From Octopus vulgaris (Eukaryota), in the NCBI GenBank assembly GCA_951406725.2, contig OX597834.1:23560001-23624000 (forward strand): DNA of 64,000 nucleotides, written 5' to 3'. The position numbers and the translations under genes were made by a program. Below, piece after piece: positions 55,881-64,000 of the stretch (position 1 is its first letter; each line of letters starts with the position of its first letter). The notes beneath the pieces are model-generated. The model saw only the letters and a program-made list of their open reading frames with translations, made no database searches and was not told the origin of the DNA.

Positions 55881-56193
55881 ATAGTTTAGGAAGTTTACGG
55901 ATCTCGGAAATTCTTGGTGGAAGTGGAGGTCGAAGTGGTGGTGATTTGGATTGTGGTCTTGGTGGTCGTTGCGGTTTACCATCTGTGCCAAGATTGCTCT
56001 CTTTCTGTTTTGAATTAACAGTTTTTATTGCTGTATCTAACGTTATTGTCGTTAGCAGTTCAATCACAGTTTTCATTTCTTTCTTTTGCCCTGTTTCTCG
56101 TTCCTTGAGATTGGGCCATAACTCGTCATTTGATGACTTGCTTCTTGAATTGGATTCATTCATGGAGAAGGGATTGTTGTTGGTTGAAATAAC
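55881..56193 (-). CDS. NCF2: NCF2-like exon: end of activation domain, linker and proline-rich region
   Basis: ttttccag|VISTNNNPFS...KPQRPPRPQSKSPPLRPPLPPRISEIRKLPKL T|gtaaag; phase 0 in, phase 1 out. Confidence 0.75.
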
Positions 56194-56904
56194 CTGGAAA
56201 ACATAAAATATATATTTCTTTATTGCCCACAAGGGGCTAAACATAGAGGGGACAAACAAGGACAGACAAAGGGATTGAGTCGATTATATCGACCCCAGTG
56301 CGTAACTGGTACTTTCTTTATCGACCCCGGAAGGATGAAAGGCAAAGTCGACTTCAGCGGAATTTGAACTCAGAACGTAGCGACAGACGAAATACCGCTG
56401 AGCATTTTGCTAACGTTTCTGCCAGCTCGTCACCCTAAAATATAAAATATAAGTGTTTACACACCACAGAGTGGTCAGTGTTAGGAAGGGCGTCCAGCTG
56501 GAAGTTCATGCAGCCCTGTGGCTGATCATATCCCTTCAAACTACTCAACTTGGGAAAAGCATGGAAAAAGGGTTGTTAATTCTAATTGCTGAAGTTGAAC
56601 GACAAAAAAGAAAGGGATGTATGTAGATGGGGGTGGGACACTTCCACAAAGAAGGGATTTAGCTGAATAAATAACTGAAAACAGAAGCGAGGAAGACACT
56701 TCAGTGGTTTCTCACATTGATACTGGATCAGAAGTTTCTATTTAGTGTGCACTTATTTAAGGCAAGGAGCATTAACTAGATACAAATATGTGGAGAGAGA
56801 GATAAGTAGATGACAGATCGATAGGTAGAGATACCTGGAAAAGAAAATGATTCCAGATTTAAATTATTTTGGCAAGTATGGAGGAGATGACTGTACTAAC
56901 CACA

Positions 56905-56951
<47 letters not shown>

Positions 56952-57049
56952 TTAGGGAATAAATCCAAATTTACAGGGAAAAATCAGATTTAGGATTAAA
57001 TCCAATTTTAGTAAAATATATATATATATATATATAATATATATATATA

Positions 57050-57090
57050 TACAATTGTTTCTTGTCCTGATCGACAATCTTCAGGTGGAC
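57050..57090 (-). ncRNA. Minimal hammerhead core truncated at the cleavage site
   Basis: CUGAAGA-UUGUC-GAUCAG-GACAA-GAAAC-AAUU-GUA, then (TA)n in place of the 3' strand of stem I. Confidence 0.55.
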
Positions 57091-57623
57091 TTCCAATTTT
57101 CAAGTGACTGACCAGGTTATCAGATGTTGCTACACATCGCTGGTCACAATGCGCTTCGCATTGTTTTTAGCCTTCAAATGACGCCACCCCGCTGGCTAAG
57201 CGAGCAGACCAATATATATATATATATTATATATAATATATTGTACACTATAAATATATGTACATTAAATATATACATTGTATTGTACAGACATACTCGG
57301 AAGTGTTTGAACACAGAACCCAAAGATTTTTGTTCCAAATCTCAGTTGTTTTTGCTGATGTATCTCGTACAAGTTTCTTCCAGTTTGTCTCGTATTAGTT
57401 TACTAAAATACTTGTACTTATAATTGGTTCATCTCCACCTCCATGACCATCACTGAAGAGGCATTTCTGTCTGCTAAATATTTGAGTATCAATGCTCAAC
57501 CACAAAACACCACATACAGACAACTTCCCTGCCACCACCAAAATAAATCTCACACCTACATGATCAGTCCCCCCCCACCACCACATGCTCACCACTGACC
57601 ATGAACTAACCACCTTCACTCAC

Positions 57624-57728
57624 CTTGGAATCTCCCAGGTAGTTGACATTCTTCGTACTTTCTATCATCCATTTGGGTGGATGGAAGATTCCAGTTCCAA
57701 TGGGAAACTGTTGGGGCTGTTGTTTTTG
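57624..57728 (-). CDS. NCF2: NCF2-like exon leading into the activation domain
   Basis: ctgttttcag| ... AAG|gtgagt; phase-0 frame QKQQPQQFPIGTGIFHPPKWMIESTKNVNYLGDSK resembles [23 protein letters not shown] (the ORF track shows a different frame). Confidence 0.85.
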
Positions 57729-58029
57729 CTGAAAACAGAACAAAAAGACACATTAAGTGTGAGTGTGTATGTGTGCGTGTGTGCACATGTATATACATCT
57801 ATGTGCACATGGATGTATATTAATGTGCTTGCATATGTGTGTGTGTGTGTACATGCACATGTTTGTGCATGTGTGTATATGCAGACAATTTTACTCTTCT
57901 ACCTTGAATATCCTAATGCTCCTACTTTCATTGCTGTATCACTTACCTTTGACAGCAATTACGTACCTGTTTTTCAGATTTTATATATGTATATATATAT
58001 ACACACACACACACCTTTACATATATACA

Positions 58030-58380
58030 TACTAGCAGTATCGCCCGGCGTTGCTAGGGTTTGTAAGGGAAATAACTATATAAGCATTTTTAGAGATGTA
58101 AATATGGCTAACCACAAAGGGGGGGGGTTACTGTAGCTTTTTACGTTCTGAGATTTAATAATAAATTTTTAGAGAGTTACTTCCCTTATATATGCCAAAA
58201 ATGGGAAAAATTGATGGTAATTTTTTTTTTAAATCGTAGACTCATCGTAGACGCGCGCTAATACCCAGAAGGGCTCGATATGAATCACGACTATAAGATA
58301 CTGCACCGCAAAATGTGGGAGTAGTTAGGAATCCAAATCGTAGGAGACAGACAGCACACAACCTCTCTTTTATAAAGATA
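58030..58380 (+). mobile_element. Helitron/Helentron-associated non-autonomous element (similar start at ~1447)
   Basis: TACTAGCAGTATCGCCCGGCGTTGC start; ends with acagacag...ttttataaagat; family label is from recall. Confidence 0.45.
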
Positions 58381-60570
58381 TGTGTATATATAAATTGGAT
58401 GTATAGGTATGTGTGTGTGCTTGTACAAATTTTGGAGTGGATTTCATTAACAAATCATTTCACTTGTATATGTCCCTCCAAACTGACTGAGGGACCACCA
58501 ACTTTTGTACGTGTGTATGTGTGTGTAGTTTAAACTGTAGTCAGAGCCTTTGGAAAAGCTAAAAAGACATCTTTTAATGAAGCTCATTAAAAGTACCTTT
58601 ATATAATTGTTTCTAATTTAGGCACAAAACCAGCAATTTTTGAGGGGAGGGGCCTAGTTAATTACATTGCTCAGTACTTGACTGGTATTTCATTTTATCA
58701 ACCCCCATAATTTAAACACAACACTTAATTTCTGAGAGGAGAGGGCTAGTTGATTATATCAATCTCTGTCCTTCACTGGGATTTTATTTTATCAACTCCA
58801 AAAGGATAGAAGGCAAAGTTGACTTCAGAGGGATTTGAACTCTGAATGTAAACAGTCAAAATTAATACCATGCAGCATTTTTGCCAACACTCCAACAAGT
58901 TTGCCCATTCCCCAACCCATATAACTATAAATAATAATTGATAATATGGGGGTAGGGGTGGGTAAAAATTCCTACAGACAAAAGTGGACCAATCTAGTGA
59001 CAGGCATCAAAGCATATATCCACCATAATGTACATGGCCATGCTATCACTAAACCTTTTTTGTAAAAGAGTATTAATGAAGACTACAGTTGTGTTAATGA
59101 CTGCGAGGTCATGACTACTACCACCTATACACTACTTTGTCTGTGTGCCCTCAGAAGTAAGGCAGCTATAAAAGTGATGGTTATGTCATTGTTACACATG
59201 TACACAATACCTTAACCAATTCAATGAAAGGGCCAGGAGGTACAGGCATGGCTGTGTGGTAAGGAGCTTGCTTCCCAACCACATGGTTCTGAGTTCAGTC
59301 CCACTGCATGTCACCTTCTGTTATAGCCTCAGGTTGACCAAAGCTTTGTGATTGGACTTGGTGGGCGGAAACTGAAAGAAGCTGCTCATGTGTGTGTGTT
59401 TGTCCCCCAAACACCACGTGACAACCAGTGTTGGTGTGTTTAAATCTCTGTAACTTAGCAGTTTGGCAAAAGGGACCAATAGAATAACTAAAAGGTTAAA
59501 AAATGTAAGTATTGGGATCGATTTGTTCAACTAAAAAAATTCTTCAAGGAGGTGTTTCAGCATGGCTACAGTTTGATGACTGAAACAAGGGGTAAAAAGG
59601 TCTGTCCAGGTTTTGATTTATACTGGTCCTAGAGTACACAGGGTATGGCAGAAAACCTTCCCATGTTTTATATGGCCATTGATGTGGTGCTAGTGAAGCT
59701 AGGCAAGTGGTAATGTTGTCTTTTATCATGGTCAGGACTTACTGTACATTTTTGGTTGAAAAATTTAACCTGTAAAATGTAGCAGGATTTATTTTTTCAC
59801 TGCAGCTGGTTATAAGAGGAGATTGGACAATCAATACCATTTTCTCATTCCTGTCTTCCTGGTCCAGCAGTAAAGCTTGACCAAAATAACTGGAAGTATA
59901 TCAAGGATAGAGTGGAATGGTGAAGCTCATTCATGTACTTCAGTCCTGAGTTATGTGGCCCACAGAGATATTGCTGGCTACATCACTGCTCATTGAAACT
60001 GGACACTGAAGGTTGGGTCAGCTTTGTACTATCTACCAATAGTCCAGTCTTAAATATATACAAACATACACAATATTGTATGATCGTTGGCTTTCCTCAG
60101 TTCATTGGTCTTTTAATAGGTGTTGTTTCACACCACACACAGCATTAAGCATAAAAATGCACCCAGGAAATAGATTTTCTGAACTGCCAGGATGGTTTCC
60201 AAGAAGCAGTCAATAGTTTCCGTTAACTGACTAAATTAGCAGTTGAAGTGGATACCTTGTAAATTGTGACCAGGGAGCTACTACTATCATCAATAAAGTG
60301 TCTATCCTTCTGAGTGAAGGGCAGGTTGTATGTTGCTCATATGCAAAATTCAGTGCAACACAGTGGTGAAACAGGTACCCTGAATGTAGAGGTTTAACAA
60401 AAGCTATAAAGAGAGTATTGTTTATACACACAGTGTTAGTGTGCATGAACAACAGAGTAGAAATGGAGAGACAGGAAAGCTGGATAGAAGAGGAATCAAA
60501 CACAGTATGCAAGATATAACAATGTGATAGTATGGGCTTTTTACAGAAAATAACAGTGGAAGGTTTTCAT

Positions 60571-60799
60571 TTAACCCTTTAGTGTTTAAACTGGCCATAT
60601 CCAGCCGAAGTTTTCTACCTATTTTATGTTTAAACTGACCAGATCAAGGCTCTCACACCTAACCTACATTGACAATCTAAAAATGAACAATCACATCATT
60701 AAAACCTCAAAAGCTATAAGATAATGCATGATTAATTAAAAACAATTTGAGTAAAAAAATATTACATTTAACAGAGTAATCTGAACACTAAAGGGTTAA
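60571..60799. mobile_element. piggyBac-like MITE (decayed relative at ~51100-51300)
   Basis: TTAA-CCCTTTAGTGTT ... AACACTAAAGGG-TTAA. Confidence 0.8.
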
Positions 60800-60913
60800 A
60801 TATAAATGCTTTAAAATAAAATGCTTTGTATAAAGTAACCAGAGGCTAACTCAAGTAATTTGGCATCAAAAAGATTGTTAGAATTGACACAGAAAGTTGT
60901 TTTTTTGACTTAC

Positions 60914-61051
60914 CTGGATGGCCTGTAAAGATATTTTAAGTTTGTTGTTAAATTTGTCCTCCTGTTGAGCACTGATAGCCATGTTTATTAAGATCTCTAC
61001 TTGTTTCCAATTGTCAACTTTTGATTCAGCAACAGCTTGGTTGTGGAGAGC
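60914..61051 (-). CDS. NCF2: NCF2-like exon (last TPR and capping helix)
   Basis: cttcccattcag| ... CAG|gtaagt; ALHNQAVAESKVDNWKQVEILINMAIS resembles [27 protein letters not shown]; 138 nt, phase 0-0. Confidence 0.82.
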
Positions 61052-63005
61052 CTGAATGGGAAGAGACAAAGAGAGTGTGACATGGAAATAATACCCCTAA
61101 GGGAGTAGGAAGATTGAGAAAGAGCAGCAGGAAGTGAACACAGCATGAAAAAAATACCCCATGGATGGAGCGGGGAGAGAAAAAATAAGTGCAAAACAAT
61201 GCACAAAGAAATTTTTAAGTGAGTTTATTCAAAAGACTGGATTAGCCCCTGATTAACCCTGATCCAGCAAGCCTATAGTGAAAGGTGTTCAAGTTATGAT
61301 CATCCCAAATTTCATTCATACATATTCTGATCCCCGTTCCTTGTGAGTATGCCCTAGCACTTTGCCACTATCTCCCTCTTGCTCTCTCTCTCTCTCTCTC
61401 TGACTGGGTAACCATGTATCTCCTCTGCAGCAAGATACTTGTTTCTGTTTCTCTGTCACACTCTAATCTTTCATCACCTGGCACAAGGTCACCTTCCAAA
61501 GATCTGAAAAGATCTTTGTTTTGCAAGTTACTTGGTGACCCTGCCAGTGCTGGTGTCATGTAAAAAACATTCAGTCCACACTGGCATGCCAAAACTGACC
61601 TTGCCTGTGCTAGTGCCAGTTAAAAACCACTCAGTCCATTCTTTGGGGTGGTTAGTTTTAGGAAGGGCATCCAGTCGTAAAAACCATGCCAAAACAGACA
61701 CTGAAGCCTGGTGCAGTCTTCTGCCAAGCCAGCTCCTGTCAAACCATCCAACCTATGCCAGCATGGAAAGCAGATGTTAAATGATGATCATGATGATGAC
61801 AGAGTAACTAGGACTACAATAACTAATAAATCCTGCCTTTTGGTTCAGCTTCAGATCAGCACCAATACATATAGAGAGGTATTTGTGGGTTTATGAAGAA
61901 AGAGAGAGAGGAATAATACTAAATGTAAGGTGAAAACAAGATTTTTTAATACTCTTTTATTTCATTGTTTTACACAGGAAATATAAAACATTTTGAACAC
62001 AGCAATTTTAAATAGAAAAAAAAGTCATTAATCTCAAATTTTCTAAAATTTTCACACCTGGCAAGGCATAAAATACAACTAGGATGTATGTAAAATATTA
62101 TTTTTTCTCATGACAATGAACTTAAAAGGAACTGCGTAAAAGGATTAAGATTTGAAAGAAAACCCATATACTCGAAAATTCTAAACATTTTAGAATGAAG
62201 CAAAAAAATGTTCTATATGACAAAATAAATGTAAAGAAATATCAGCCCAATCATCTCTTTTACGTTCACTTTTCTATACTTGCACAAGTCAGACAGAATC
62301 TGTCGAGGTTGGATGCCCTTCCTGTCACCGACCCTTACTTGTTTCCTGGCAAGGTAATATTTTCCCTTAGCTAAGACACATTTTCCATAGAAGACTAGAA
62401 GCAAATAACCTCGCTTGTACGGGGATGATGCTCATTTACAAACATCATGTGATGTGTAAAGGTCACACACAAACACCCACATATGCTGTTCTGGACCCTT
62501 CTCTCGTATTTTAATCTCATCTCTGAACATAAAGCCACCTGCCTTTCGATTGTGGCTTCACTTAGCTGAAGGAACTCCTTAATTTCATGAGCTTCATGGT
62601 AACCTCATAAGTGCTGGTGTCTTGGAAAGAAGTGCCCAGTTCTCTTTGTAAAGTGGATAGAATTAGGAAGGGCATCCAGCCACAGAAACCATGATAAAGC
62701 AGACACTGGAGCAGGATACAGTCCTTGGACCATTGAGATCCTGCCAAAGTGTTCAACCCAGGCCAGCATGAAGCATCATCCATTTATCTTATGTTCAGCA
62801 AGATGTCGAAAATCTGCATCGGTAAAGTCTGTTTGATGGTCACAAATGGAAAGTCTTAGATCATACATAAACTGTATGTTGGTTTGATCGGGTTTCATTT
62901 AGAGCTAAGTAGCAACACACAAAACATTTTCAGGTATAAATACTCAGGTAGGAATTAATAAAAGAGAAAAATTACAAATGGTGTAAAAATAGGTGGGGTA
63001 AGGGT

Positions 63006-63136
63006 CACTAGCATAGCTAGAATGTGTGCCGCTTGGGGCGGCCCTTCCTTTTGCCACCCTTGGACCCCACAAAAAACACAGCAGACCCAAAAGTGCCACC
63101 TGGGGCAGACTGCCCCCCCTCCCCGCTACACTAGTG
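63006..63136. mobile_element. hAT-like MITE
   Basis: Imperfect TIRs CACTAGCATAGC / GCTACACTAGTG with a GC-rich interior; no clean TSD. Confidence 0.4.
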
Positions 63137-63193
63137 GGTAGGATTGAAGGCAGAGAGAAGCAAGTGGTATCAATAGGAATTACATATATTTAC

Positions 63194-63302
63194 CTCTGTC
63201 AAATATAAAATTAGGTTCAATCCCAGAGGTCGGTAGTTGATATATTTCTTGTTACCCATCAAATGTATAGCTACTTCATAACACTTGATTGCAGCATCAC
63301 AA
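63194..63302 (-). CDS. NCF2: p67phox/NCF2-NOXA1-like NADPH oxidase activator, TPR-region exon (not in the ORF track)
   Basis: ttgtcttttcag| ... GAG|gtaaat; CDAAIKCYEVAIHLMGNKKYINYRPLGLNLILYLTE resembles p67phox [36 protein letters not shown]. Confidence 0.85.
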
Positions 63303-63342
63303 CTGAAAAGACAAAATGATTATAAAGATATATATATATATA

Positions 63343-63513
63343 GGTGCAAGAGTGGCTGTGTGGTAAGTAGCTTGTTTACCAACCACATGGTTCCGGGTTC
63401 AGTCCCATTGCGTGGCATCTTGGGCAAGTGTCTTCTGCTATAGCCCCGGGCCGACCAATGCCTTGTGAGTGGATTTGGTAGACGGAAACTGAAAGAAGCC
63501 TGTCGTATATATG

Positions 63514-63544
<31 letters not shown>

Positions 63545-63756
63545 GTTTGTGTGTCTGTGTTTGTCCCCCTAGCATTGCTTGACAACCGATGCTGGTGTGT
63601 TTACGTCCCCGTCACTTAGCGGTTCGGCAAAAAGAGACCGATAGAATAAGTACTGGGCTTACAAAGAATAAGTCCCAGGGTCGATTTACTCGATTAAAGG
63701 CGGTGCTCCAGCATGGCCGCAGTCAAATGACTGAAACATGTAAAAGAGTAAAAGAG
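63343..63756 (+). mobile_element. tRNA-derived SINE family A, full length, with an internal TA/TG microsatellite (other copies ~3410-3800 -, 9567-10040 +, 59243-59590 +, 51720-52025 +)
   Basis: A box TGGCTGTGTGG, B box GGTTCAGTCCC; many similar copies; tail ggcggtgctccagcatggccgcag...gtaaaagag repeats. Confidence 0.85.
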
Positions 63757-64000
63757 TATATATATTGGCGTTAGGAAGGGCATCCAGCCGTAGAAACACT
63801 GCCAGATTTGACTGGGCCTGATGAAGCCTTCTGGCTTCACAGACCCCAGTAGAACCGTCCAACCCATGCTAGCATGGAAAACGGACGCTAAACGATGATG
63901 ATGATGATGATGATGATATATAGGCGCAAAAGTGGCTGTGTGGTAAGTAGATTGTTTACCAACCACATGGTTCCGGGTTCAGTCCCACTGCGTGGTATCT

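Noticed and set aside
57453-57485. Possible fourth hammerhead (CTGAAGA GGCA...TGCT AAATATT)
   Set aside because: GAAA is missing and no stem I can be built; too degenerate to call.
57616-57798. ORF-track frame KTTAPTVSHWNWN
   Set aside because: The phase-0 frame fits both flanking exons and matches p67phox.
59780-60530. Possible decayed transposase
   Set aside because: Only isolated short motif resemblances, in the wrong order and with many stops.

Overview
This is eukaryotic, AT-rich, repeat-dense DNA. The SINE families and very long TA/TACA microsatellites suggest an Octopus-like cephalopod (inference). Two intron-rich genes converge. On the + strand are ten in-frame exons (4270-22480) of an ODF2/cenexin-like coiled-coil gene; its 5' end is not identified in the window. 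On the - strand are the 3' exons (63302 down to about 51000) of a p67phox/NCF2-NOXA1-like NADPH-oxidase activator. Between them lies a ~29.5 kb inverted duplication (16708-46216, centre 31685/31686) that mirrors the last four ODF2 exons and ends at a 100-N gap. Its arms differ like two haplotypes, including a SINE present in one arm only, so a mis-assembly is likely. The most interesting small-scale signals are: (i) Penelope-type minimal hammerhead ribozyme motifs, including an inverted pair with a swapped G3:C8 core inside a TSD-flanked insertion; (ii) a TSD-flanked, inverted-repeat insertion that has captured an exon-intron junction of its own host gene; (iii) a LINE and a SINE family sharing the same 3' tail; (iv) a 45-bp intronic minisatellite with CAG|GT in almost every unit. 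The very long Y/M/C/V/I or H/T/Y/I ORFs are microsatellite artefacts. All homology calls are from recalled sequence motifs; no database search was run.
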